DNA of 55,980 bases, filler included, from Sphacelaria rigidula (Eukaryota), in NCBI GenBank assembly GCA_964200075.2. It is 5 parts of 5 records of this genome, joined end to end, with 100 filler letters (N's around TTAATTAATTAA, not from the genome) between each part and the next. Parts side by side here need not be neighbours in the genome. Positions count along the whole stretch, not along the records: positions 33,651 to 44,766 come from CAXNAA020005368.1; positions 44,867 to 55,980 come from CAXNAA020005369.1; 3 more parts are not named here. One strand, written 5' to 3'. Made by a program: the position numbers and the translations under genes. Positions 38,912-50,362 of the stretch are shown one piece after another. The notes beneath the pieces are model-generated. The model saw only the letters and a list, made by a program, of their open reading frames with translations. It had not been told where the DNA came from and made no database searches. Position 1 is the first letter of the stretch. Each line of letters opens with the position of its first letter.

Positions 38912-39379
38912 CAAGGGTAGGTCGGGTAGGGTATGCAGTTTTGAACCACGCTTGGGTGAATTACGCGGTTGTTTACTCTATACCCAAGGATGGGGTGGTT
39001 TTGGGGTGCGACCTTAAATACTCTACCCAAACTTCGGGTAAGCACCCTCAGCAATATCTGGGTATCGAGTATCACTTTGGTACGGCCTCAGTACTCTACC
39101 CAAAATTTGGGTAGATTGGGTACGACCTCAAATACTCTACCCAAATTTGGGCCAAGTACTCTCAGCAACACCTGGGTATAGAGTATCACTTGTGTATGGG
39201 CTCAATACTCTACCCACAATTTAGGCAAGTTGGGTACGATCGAACATCCTCTACCCAATTTTTGGGTAGATCGGGTACGAATTCATCCCTCTTCTCAAAT
39301 GTTTGGGTACTATTGCAAGAGTATGGCTCTTCACAATACCAAGCATTGGGTATACAATACCTTACCCGACCTGCCCTTG
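38912..39379. mobile_element. MITE with about 23-bp TIRs and internal TACTCTACCCAAA repeats (hAT-like termini)
   Basis: CAAGGGTAGGTCGGGTAGGGTAT...ATACCTTACCCGACCTGCCCTTG; many internal TACCCAA/TTGGGTA motifs. TSD is obscured by a (CCCTTG)n expansion. Confidence 0.75.
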
Positions 39380-40184
39380 CCCTTGCCCTTGCCCTTGGAT
39401 TACTAGTGGCGTGACTGCGCTCGAAATCAAAGATCCAAGTCCACAATGTGACACTTTTCTCCCGTTTCGGTGAGGCTTTTTTTTCTGGTGGAGTCGGATC
39501 TATTTATTGTTGGTCTGGGAAAAGGCACACTGACATGAGATAAAAATACAAGTGCAAAGTCTCCGCGGTGAAGGTTGATCGCTCCATAAGCGAGAGGCCA
39601 TGTTGACCAAGACCAGCTTGGACGCAATGATTTCATCTCTAGCAACCGAGCATGCTTGCGAACTATGCCTCGTTGCTGCGTGTGACCAGCTCTCGACCCA
39701 ATCGAATCATATTGATGCTATGTTGCTCCTGGTAGTGGATGTCGTTTGTTGTGTGCTGAGGGAAAGGGAATAAGGCACACACGCACATGATGTGCTCGGA
39801 AAGCATCCGATATGCACATGAATCCAACCCCGGCCCTCGTGCAATGGCCCCAAGGCTCGCCCTTGCGTAGCCGCCAACGCCCAGGCCTTTAATCCGTCGG
39901 CTTTTGTTCCGAAGTCTTGAGCCCAGATAGCCCGTTTTCGGTTTTCGAAGCCCAGATTTTCTTGTTTTCGAGTTTTTTTCCCCCAAAGAGTCCACTGCCT
40001 TCTCCGAAAAGCTTTTCTTTCTTTTCCTGAGCCCATTTCCCCGGGGCCAGACGCTACCCCATATTGTTTCTCAAAATGTGGAGTTTTTCTCCCCCTCTGT
40101 TTTCTTGATATTATATCTCCCTTGTTTTTGTTTGTTTGTTTCGGGATCTCAGACGAAGGTGCTCAGTGAACGCTTTCATCTCTT

Positions 40185-40285
40185 GTGAGGAGTAGTAGTG
40201 ACGGTACTGGAAATGGGGGAGGCGGAAGCCCACCCTCCGCTTGTGACCGCGGGTTCGAGAGATGGGGCTAGTGTGCTGAAATATC
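40185..40285 (+). mobile_element. probable non-LTR retroelement 3' end fragment (shared with 54185-54281)
   Basis: Shared gacggta.tggaaa...tgtgacc.cgggttcg.gagat.gg.cta.tgtgc.gaaata; the 54.2 kb copy ends in a (TAA)n-like tail. Confidence 0.5.
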
Positions 40286-40680
40286 GTGTGTGTGCGTGTG
40301 TTGTGTTGTGTTGTGTTGTGTTGTCTTCCCATCTATTGTGGGCGCCAATCTACACCTTTCGGTATGTGTGAGCGCATCAGCCGGGGCCACACAGGAGAGA
40401 TAACCAACCAAAGAGTCATTTTGTAATTTGTTTCGGTACTCCGCCTTCATTCTGTGGGGCTTGCCTTCGTTCTTATCGCGAGAAGGGTCCAGCGACCCCT
40501 CTCTTGGGTCGACTGTGAAGTCGAACCTTGAATGCCCACGACATGGTCGCTCTCCGTAATTGGGCGTGGTGTGAGGAGAGATCCCAGATCATGTGACTTC
40601 ACCGAGATTCGAATCCACGTCCCAACCGTCAGAAGGTTGGAAGGTCTCAAGGTTTCCAACTGACTGAGCAACCGGGGCAA
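40286..40680 (-). mobile_element. tRNA-derived SINE family A, copy 3
   Basis: Same body and head (GGATTCGAATCTCGGTGAAGT on minus strand); (ACACA)n tail. Confidence 0.8.
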
Positions 40681-41970
40681 CTGGCGGTGCTCATGTTTTA
40701 TTGTCAGTAAATGGGGTAGTAATAATGATGATGAATAATAATGGTGAATGAGGACGAGGAGGGCAGGTGGTTGCGTACCCTCCCCCCCCCTCCCCCCCCC
40801 TCCCCCCCTGAGGTCAGTGGTCATAAGACTACGGCATGCAAGGTCATGAGTACACCCCCGCCCCCTCTCACACGTGACACGCGGCATTTTCGACGCCCGA
40901 AATACGAAGACCCAGTGAGATTCGAGTATTGCGGCAAAGAACAGAAGGTCGAGCTGGCTGAAGGCGGCCTGTCTACCTGCCTTTCAGACCGTACCAGGCC
41001 GTACCACACCATACACCATACACCATACACCATACAAGCAAGTAGTTAGGAGCAGGAGGCCGGCGGCCGGCGGCCGGCTGGCGACTGGCGGCTGGCGGCT
41101 GGCGGGTGGGTAGAAGAATGTTTGCGGCGGCATATCAAGTCGTGCACTGTACCGTCGTGGCTGCTGCGGCAGCACCGCCTCCGACTTCGACGTGAAGCCC
41201 AAAACGTGGCCAGGCGACCTCTCACGGTTTCTTGGACAGCTCGAAATGATGGAGTAACGAGTTCGTTGCCAAAACCACAACAGTCATTGGTCACTGCTGT
41301 CGGTGCCGTTGCGTGTCTACAATAACCGATTCGGAGCGTTGTGCGTTGAACGTTTTGCTGCTGCTGCGGCTACTGTTGTTGACGTAGGGACAAGTGAATG
41401 GGCGACGAAAACAGCGGCGTCATGAAAATCCCGGGTGCATGCGCTTTATGAAGGGGCGATGAAAAGTCCACAGACTCTATCTCCACTTGAGAAATCCTAG
41501 CGACTTTTGGTGCCGCGAACAAAAGAGGTTCAGAAACGGACAAATGTCGAGCGTTTTTTGCTGTCCTCGTAAAAAAACGAGTAGGGCATGGATTGAACAA
41601 ACACGCGGGAGCTCCACCCGTCCCCGAAAAAATGTGTTGCTTACACCCGCTCTCGCCCCTCTCGCCCCCGTCGCTGGCGTCGTTTTTCTTTCCCGGAACC
41701 GTGGATCGTGATGCTCAGTGCGCTAGCCGGTGGCAGCGGCCGAGCCTCCATGCCTTGTGGAAATTTGTGCGCAACGGATGGGCACGGAACACGCACAAGT
41801 ATGTCCGGGCTAAGCGCGCGCGCCGCGTAGAACGCGGAGAGACGGGAGACGGAGGGAAGGCGCGGGAGTTACCTCTCGACGAAGAGCGCGCGGAGGCGAC
41901 GGTATGGTGGGCAAACGAAAGTTCTCGTACCGTTCTCGTGGGCGGCTTCGACGCTGCCAAGGCCAGGGGC

Positions 41971-44551
41971 ATGGACCCCTACGATATTGGCGTATTCGTC
42001 ATTACGCCCGTGCTTCTCGTGGCGTTGGTGATGTGGGTCGGAGGCCGGGGCCGCCAACCTGGAAGAGCAAGGTACGGGGAAATGTGTAATAGAAACAGTA
42101 CAAGCGCAGGCGGCAGATGTACAGTAGGCACGAGCACGATCGGAGTTGGCTCAGCCCTCCTCTTGGTTGCACAGCCGCTCGTACAAGATGTTTTTGAGCC
42201 ATGTGCAAGTTTTCTGAGTCAGTGGTGGTCCAAGTGCACACATATTATCGTATAATATCCCCCCCCGTGCTACCGCCGCTACCGCCGCCTCCGCCCCCTC
42301 TACCCCACGGGTAGAACCCGTTCCGACCTCAGCGGGGACGAGGGTCTAAGCAGCAGCGCGATCGTGCGGTATGCTGCTGTCGCTACCGCTATACCGCCGC
42401 CGTCTCGTGGGACCTCAACCGCGTCGTCGATGCCGTGCTGGTGGTTGGTTGGGTGGCCTCGGGACGGGCAGGCCCAGTGGCCGGCCGTGATGGCCTGCGT
42501 GAGCGAGCCCGGGAGTCCAATCCTGGTGGTGCACCCGCTCGCCGCGCGGGTCAGGGCGGAGATCCACGTGGACTGGTTGCAAGTGGTGATGTCTGCGCCG
42601 GAACCGCCCGCCCTCGGTCGCGGGGTCATCACGTCCGTGTGGCCGTCCCCTGCGACGGTTTGTGACTTGCCGGCGGAGGAACTGGCGGAGAGGCGCTTGC
42701 TGCGGTCGGCTGCCGCGGCGTGCGTGTACGCGGTTGCGGATGCAGTCGTCGCCCGCGTAGAGCGGAGGCGGGCTGAAGCCGCAATGAAGGGGAGGGTGTT
42801 GATCAGCTGGCGGGCAGTGGCGCATGGCATGGTCACTATGCGCAAGGCCATAGATGTATTGGCAGCCGTCCACCGCAGGGTCTCGCTGAGAGCGAGCTTG
42901 CGCGTGGTGGAGGCGGTGGGGGAGCGCCGCGTTTCCGCAGCGGTACGGCTGCAGTCGGCCGTGCGGATGTGGACGGGCAAGAGGTTGGCCGCGCAAGCGC
43001 GGGTGGAGCGCGGGGCGCGTCTGCAGCGCCTGGCGCGGCTAGAGCGCCGGGCGCGGCTGGAGCGCCGGGCGCGGCGAGAGGAGGGAGCGCGGAGGGACCG
43101 CCAGCGGGAGCGCCAAGAGCGCTCCGAGCACACTTGCGCCGTGAAGGTGCAAAAGGCCTTCCGGGGTCAGCGTGCGAGGGTCGCGTGGGTGACGACGAAG
43201 GCAGTCCGCGCGCTGGATATGCGCGGGGGGCTCCCCAACAGCGGCAACGACTGTTACCGGAATGCCGTACTGCAGGCGCTGCTTGGGTGCCCGGAGTGGG
43301 TTAGGTGAGCAGGGGGCTCAGCACCCAAGATTCACGTCATGTTGTCGTGGTCAAAATGTAGCGCCTGCTGCAGATGCACCTAGCTTTCCACCTGTTGATG
43401 AGTGGGGGTACGAGTTTCGACGATGGCAGTGGTGTTCCTGCTGATCGATGTCGAGGTATGGGTGTGTGAGACGGCAGTGGGCAGCGCTGTACGTCCGACG
43501 GAAAAAGAGGACGTGCGCTCCAGCAGGAGGCGTTCGACGGAAAGCGTCTGAGATGTGTCGAGGTTGAGCTCATGTTTGCACGTTGAAAACACCGCGGGAA
43601 TTATCTTGGTCGTTTCACCCGCGAGGGAACCAGAACCGTTGACACTGCCCTCTCTCCCTTGCGCCCACCCGCCCGCCCGCGCAACAACCAATACGAAAAC
43701 CACAGGCGCGTCCTGCAGGCTTCTGCATCGCTGCAGAAGTGCGGGCGAGAGCTGCCGGCAGCGACGCAGCTGTCGAAGTTCGTTGGGAGCTTCGTCCCGG
43801 CGAGGGAGCTTGGGGAGGGGGTGGACGGGGTCGGGGGGCGGAAGTCGGGAGGCACTCGCGGCGGGAAGCAGGGAGGGAAGGGAAAGACAAAGGGAAATGG
43901 GGGGAAGGCGGGGGGTAGTGGTGGCGGTGGTGGCGGAAGGACGGGGGGGGAGAAGAAGGAGGGAGCTCAGGCCCCGGAGGCCGCATCGCCGATATCGGTG
44001 AGGGTGTATTTTGTAGCTTGTTTTGTGTTTATTTTGAGCTGCAGTGCAGCAGTGCAGGCTGTAAGAGTGAGGGGCCGCTCGGTTCGCGCGACAAGCATCG
44101 CAGTAACTTTCTGGGTGTTCGTTGAGCAAGCGTGTGTAGCCTGGTTCCTCCTCGGTGGATATCAACGGGGTCGAGTTGAAGCCCGCACCCCGACCGTGTG
44201 ATTATCGTTGGTTGATGAGCGGGTAGGTTTGTGTGTGCGCTTCGCTCAGCAGTTACCCATGTTTGCCCGCACGGCGGTTCCGATCAGATCAGTACACTCC
44301 CCACTGGTAGGTTCAGCGCAACACGTCGACACACAGCTACAGTACAGCTTGTTCGTGGTGGGTTTCCCGCGATTTCTTTTTCCAGAGCTCCTCCCCACAC
44401 GAACTGCTATTCCGCGTGACTTGTTTCCGTTGCCTCACAGGAACTGGACACGCTGATGAAGCAGTTCGCGAACTACGCCGTGACAAATCTGGGGAGCACA
44501 CCAGGTTCCCAGGAGGATGCCCCGGAGTTCTTCACCTTCGTGATGGAGCAG
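41971..44551 (+). CDS. ubiquitin-specific protease (peptidase C19) with N-terminal TM helix, PWWP/Tudor-like segment and two IQ motifs; 3' end beyond contig
   Basis: Phase-consistent exons 41971-42071 (tentative), 42315-43304, 43706-43997, 44441-44551. Cys box GLPNSGNDCYRNAVLQALLGCP and QEDAPEFFTFVME motif; IQ-like LQSAVRMWTGKR and VQKAFRGQRAR. His box not present in the contig. Confidence 0.8.
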
Positions 44552-44766
44552 GTTCGGTGATGTACGCTTGCGCACTTTGTTTGGTTGATGAAGCGTTGGT
44601 GCTGGTGTCCCCGGGGACACCTCCCTTGTGTCGTGGTGCACGATATTTGCTTCTTCACTTGTGTCTGTTCATTGAGTTTGTTGTGCCAGCGTATTGGCCT
44701 TGTTCGGAGGAACTTGTCGGGAGAAGCCCGACGTGGACGTGCGGTATCCGTACGGTAGGAGGTGTC

Positions 44767-44866
44767 NNNNNNNNNNNNNNNNNNNNNNNNNNNNNNNNNN
44801 NNNNNNNNNNTTAATTAATTAANNNNNNNNNNNNNNNNNNNNNNNNNNNNNNNNNNNNNNNNNNNN
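44767..44866. other. artificial contig linker
   Basis: N-TTAATTAATTAA-N spacer, 100 nt. Confidence 0.98.
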
Positions 44867-44869
44867 AGA

Positions 44870-45103
44870 AATAATTTCTGAGGTTAGAATTTTTAGGAGC
44901 CCCTTATCTCATCCAAAACACGACTTATTATGAAATTATGCGAGAGTACGCCAGGATAACTATTACAATGTGCTGGGGATATCCCGAATAAATGTGACAA
45001 ACGGGGATGCCCTGGCCCATATTCTTTTGCGTCTAGAATCGTTAGGAGCCCCTGAACCAGACAAAATTTCGCGAAAAAAGTGCACCCCTACCGTAGCATT
45101 GCT
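44870..45103 (+). repeat. unclassified dispersed repeat Y copy
   Basis: Homologous to the reverse complement of 38490-38722. Confidence 0.78.
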
Positions 45104-45331
45104 CATGGACTATATCCGCACCGCGATCTAGCGTTAAAAAGAGCCCCCAGAAATTTATTTATTCACATACATTTTCCATCGAAGATTGTGTTTGGGCGGA
45201 GCAGCCTTATTATTGTGGATCTGCATCATTTCTACTTGAAAACCATTCCAAATGATGCCGATTCACAACAAGGCCCCTGCCTGCAAACATTGTTGTGGTT
45301 CCCGTCCCAAAAAGGTTAGAAAAAAAGTTGA

Positions 45332-45501
45332 ACTCGTGGTAGGGTAGTCCATCTGATCACGCTTGCTTTTTCAAAGCGAAATTTGATGCCGATTCAGCAG
45401 GTGACCTATCCTCGCGGTCTAAGGGTTAACCCTTAGGCCGCGAGGGTAGTCTTTCTGGATCATGCCGATTCAACAGATGACCTACTCTCGCTGTCCGAGG
45501 G
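45332..45501. mobile_element. two tandem piggyBac-like micro-MITEs sharing one TTAA
   Basis: ...CGGTCTAAGGG|TTAA|CCCTTAGGCCG...CTGTCCGAGGG|TTAA. The second unit (45430-45501) is 72 bp; the left end of the first unit is degenerate. Confidence 0.78.
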
Positions 45502-45565
45502 TTAAGCCAGCTAGGTACAGAAACGCCCTGACATGAGATCACTGAGCGGCACCGCCTACATATTT

Positions 45566-46000
45566 CTGTGTTGTGTTGTGTATTATTGTCCCATCTATTC
45601 TGGACGCCATTCTTTTCACCTTTCGGTATATGTGGGCGCACCAGCCGGTTTCACACAGAAGGAAGGCTCACACATGAGTTTTTTTTTCTTCATTTGTTTT
45701 AGTTCTTCACCTTCCTCCTGCCGTCCTCGTCTTTATTTATTATTTTGAGAGAGGCAGTCCATTTCCCACATCTCTAATGTGAAGACAACAACAACACCAA
45801 CAACAACAACAGTCAACCATTAACCCTTCGACCCGGTGCGGGTAGTTCATCTGCATCATATACACTTTTTTCAAATGCATATTGATGCCGATTCGGGAGG
45901 TGACCTGCCCTCGCTGTCAAAGGGTGACGTCCAATTTTGTGTACCCACGACATAGCGCTCCGCACTGTACTGTCGGGAATTGTGTGAGGAAAATCCTAGA
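45566..46000 (-). mobile_element. SINE family A copy 4 (head truncated, interrupted by a TTAA micro-MITE)
   Basis: Body gtcccatctattctggacgcca...gtgggcgcaccagccgg; SINE homology resumes after 45925 (ttttgtgtacccacgacat). Confidence 0.72.
45824..45924. mobile_element. piggyBac-like micro-MITE (101 bp) nested in SINE A
   Basis: TTAA|CCCTTCGACC...CTGTCAAAGGG; aligns end to end with 30532-30633. Confidence 0.75.
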
Positions 46001-46319
46001 TTCTTCTAGAATCCAACATTGAAGATCCACGCTAAAACGGCGTTGACCGACTGACCGATTGTCGGCTCGGGACAACGGCAAATTGACGAAGACCCGAATT
46101 TCGTTTCAAGCGGCGCAATGTTGACTGTAAATTTGTCTATTTAAGATTGCGCCCAAGGGTATGTCATCCTCACCTTTTGATTGCTGCCCACGAGAGTTTG
46201 CCCACCTCTCACACTTCGTTCCCACCCCACCAACTGTGCTACAGCCACGACAGCCATTACATAGCTATCGAACTACCTCCACAACTACCTTTACGACTAC
46301 ATCTCTACTATCAGCAATC

Positions 46320-49300
46320 ATGACTCGTTTCACTGCTGGTTTCGCTCTGACGGCGGCCGCCGTCCTTGGTCTGGCTAACTCCGCCGAATACAAGACTTAC
46401 AAGGTGAAGTGACTGCTTCAGTTTGCACCGTACCGGACTGCCCCGTGCTGTGCTGAGCCGTGTGCACAGCATGTATGTGTAGCTGAAAGCCGGGTTACTT
46501 TTGTACCTGGCGATTGGGAACTCCCGCGAGTGTTCCGCTAAATATGCTACGCGCGGCCGGGAGCGTGTGCTCCATGATGTACAGGACTGCACCTGATGGA
46601 ATATGTCGAGTGATCGTCATCTCTGGCTGCAGTGATGGTCCTTGATGTATCTTCTTCCGGCCCTTCTTCAGCTGACGTGTTTATACGGTCTGCATGAACC
46701 GTGTAGTAATGATTGGTTTTGCCATTGTAACTGATCAACTGTATGATGTTTTAAGGTGAAAGACTGGGATGTAGTGTAATACGGGGCATTTGTGTGTTGA
46801 GACTGAGAGCAGTGGACCTGTTTCGACAGATGTAGCAGCACCGAGTAATTTCTCAACTACGCCCTTTCGCAGCAGCAAGGGATAGTAGGTCACCGGGGGC
46901 TTGGAAACCCGTTGAAATGTGAACGATGCCCATTCTACAGATACATGGCCTACAATAACGTTCGAAAGAATTGTTCGACTGATAACCATACCGTTGAGGA
47001 CTGATACAACAGCACCTTACACATGTTGCACAGCTGTACAGGACTCTCGGACCGTACCGCTGATGGCCATTTTATGTTGCTGCACACACATGTCACCATG
47101 CGTGATCTTGGTATGGGTATTGTGGTGTTTTCAGTCGCGAAAAACGTTTCCTACAGTGTTGAAATGAAGCAACGAAAGGAAGCATCATCTCTGTGCGGAA
47201 CTCGATCACATATGTGAAGGAGGACTGTAATCGGCACCGAAGGGGTCTGTATTTGACTGAAACTTCGAAACACTACAGTATTACTCCGAGTTGACTCATG
47301 TCTCTATCGCTTCTCCTGTGATGTGTCGGGATGCCATGTTCAACCCCAGGTTCGAGTGGTGAACTTGACCTACCTCCAGCCCTTCTCGCCCCCGGTCGTC
47401 GTGGCGCACACTAAGGTAAGTCTTCCTGATTGCGTTGCGCAACCGAGCGTTGAACTTTGCGATGTCTAGGTCGACATGTTTTTCATTTCATTTCATTATT
47501 TGTGTACGTGTTTAATTCAGGTAATGTCTGCGCTAAGCTCACTTTGAAATTAGCAGTCTCGTGGAGAATCGAAAATCGCTCGAAGCCTGGCGTGGACGCC
47601 GAAAGACGTCCCGTTTCAAGATGATCCTTGAGATTCACCTGAAATCATTTCCCGGGTTTGCTTTTAGTCCTATTTACCAACTACTTTTTTTTTTATTCGA
47701 GGGTAATGCGTGGTTGCTTACTTCTGAACTCCTCCCCTTGGAAGGGTGAGTAGGTCGCTTGCTTTGTACTACGAGGAAGTACTTGGCCAACCATTATGCG
47801 GTTGGTGGTGGGGGTAAGGGGCCCTGATTTTCACGACAACAATTTCTTACCGAAACGGCACTCGCAACAAGCCGGTAATTTCCCGACTTCGGCCCGAAAC
47901 GTAGCCGACCGCGATCGCCGCAGAAAACAAGATACCGCCCTCGACTCTGACAGTATGGCATGCTGTAGGTCTGCGCTGAATGGAATGCATTTCCTCCCCA
48001 ACTACCCAAACACCACCCTTTTGGAGTAGAAGGATCAAGTACACATCCAGAGATGTACCCCCCCACTCCCCGAGGGATATGAAAAAGAGCCTGACGCTCG
48101 ACACATTTGAAAGATTATGTGTACGAGCTAGGTCAGCAGTAAATCCCGCATTTACGTTGTGAAGAGAAGACGGAAGGAACAGTCACCCAACCAGCCCGAC
48201 TTGAGTATATCGGTGTGACCTGCAGACTACCCTGGTGAGACGCGGTACTGCCGCTCAATGAAGAACAAATTGGAAAAACACAGCGGTGTCGCACAATTGA
48301 ACGGGCGCAGCGGTGTCACACAATTAAACGGGCGCAGCGGTGTCACACCGAAGATGTCCTGCTGCGCTCGATTCGAGGCGGAAGGTTGTTCGTACTGTAG
48401 TGATGATGACAATGTCGTGTCAAAATTTCAGCACCCAATTCCTTGAAAGTCGGCTGGCCCAGCCCTTTCTGTCTCGAGTGGCGATACTGTTGAGCAGCCT
48501 CTCGCTCCAACAACTGCGGTGGTATGGTACGACGAAGATTTTTATCAATTTGTCGACGTGATTGCAAATGAGTTGATCTCAGTCTTTGCTAATTCACGTC
48601 AAAGGGATGTGCCGAAATATGAGAATAATGAATGGCGAATAATATACGGAAGGTATATATATATATGATGTGATAGATATAATGATAATAATATACATCG
48701 AAAACACGCACATACAATCTCCCAATATTTCCGCGGGTGATCCGAAAAAAAGAAAGAACAAAACAGATTGCCTTGGTGATCGCAAAAAAATCAAACGCGT
48801 CCCTGCAATCATTGAGCACCCGAAATTCGTTACCATCGTAAAGATATTCCCACCCGACGCCGTCATCTACGCTGGCTAACTAAGTACCTGTGCCACTCTA
48901 TGGGGTCTAGGACTAGTGTCCGTCTGGTGAGACAATAGCAAATAAGTATCCCCCGCCCCTCCGCGTGCGCGCTCGATGATGAGTTTGTCTTCCGCTCACG
49001 CGAGACCCTTGCCCACTCATTGGAATGCTTTGTGGTCCGACAGTGTTTTCCGTACCAACGAGCTAATCCATTTCAACTTGCTCTGCCTTCCTCCGCGTGC
49101 CCGGGGTCCCTGGTTTTTTGCTGGTTTTGCCCGCTCGAAACATTACCGGGATGCCAGGATGTGGCCCTGTTCCAGGAAGGGAAGCCTGCCAATGACGCCA
49201 TCAGGTTGATGGCTGAGAACGGCGACAACTCTGGCCTTGTGGTGAGACGCTCAAATCACAACATGTGGTAAATACTCGTGGATTTAATTATCTGTCCGTG

Positions 49301-50119
49301 TTGCGTGGCGTTTACAGTTGGAAGTTGGAATACTTCTTCAAACGTTTCATGAGGTTATTATTATATGGGATTGAGACTGGCTTTGTTCATTCGCTTCAAC
49401 TTTGACATTTTTTCATTCCGTGTACTTTTTTGCGTGTATCACTAGCGTGTGCTTACAGCTACACGTCGATATCCCACTCAGGGATATCAAGGGCCTCAGT
49501 TGCAAGGTACTGCGAAAAGCATATCGGGCCTCGTGGAGGGGCATTTCGGAACTGAAATGTTTTATTCACTCATGCCTTGGTCATTTGAGGTCGGCATTAA
49601 TTCGTCGTGTGTTGGGTTGTACAGCTCCCATGACAGGCGATTCTTCCCAAGTTTTTCTCCCCTGTCAGCGGGCGACGTTGAGTGCAAAAGCCGTTGTCCC
49701 ATGTTGTGGCTCGTTCGTCGATCCCGTTTGTGCGACGCCCTGCTTGACTCGTTATGCCGTTCCCCCGCAGACTCACCGCTGTCTGGATGTTTGCAGATGC
49801 ACCAATTTTTGTCGTTGTCTGCATCCATACCTGCTGCCTCATTTTTGTGCAACCAGCGCCCCCTCCCCCGCCCCGATAGTGTTACTTGTTTGTCCAACCT
49901 GCATCTCACACGTGGTACCGTGTGGTTTATTCTGTGTCATGATCGTTCACTTGCAGGAGCTCCTGGCTGACGACGCTGTTTCACCCTACATTTGCGGTGC
50001 AACTGTCGCGGATGAGGCCGTGGGACCCCTGCAAACGTGGAGAGGTTACGTTGACGTGGACACTGAAAAATGCCCGGGCAAGATTGTCTTCTCAACCGTC
50101 GGCATGCTCGGTAAGTCGC

Positions 50120-50179
<60 letters not shown>

Positions 50180-50319
50180 TGTGAAGCGGCGTAATAGGTC
50201 GTTGTGCTGCATTGCAATAGAGGCCGACAGACGGACGACACCACAGGAAAAAGTTGTTCCTTCCCCGTCCGATTTATTTCCAAGTCTTGGAGGTACGAGA
50301 CGTGAGATGTGCGTCCGGG

Positions 50320-50362
<43 letters not shown>

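Noticed and set aside
42300-43133. Long minus-strand ORFs opposite the USP exon
   Set aside because: Antisense shadows of GC-rich coding sequence.
12386-44551. Ubiquitin E3 ligase plus deubiquitinase as a functional gene cluster
   Set aside because: They are on separate, unlinked contigs.
38490-45103. Inverted 230-bp repeats apparently flanking the USP gene as a giant transposon
   Set aside because: The two copies lie on different contigs across an artificial linker and are visibly diverged; the orientation is coincidental.
49402-50184. 260-aa ORF as an independent gene
   Set aside because: It is spondin exon 4 read through flanking intron and a GT microsatellite.
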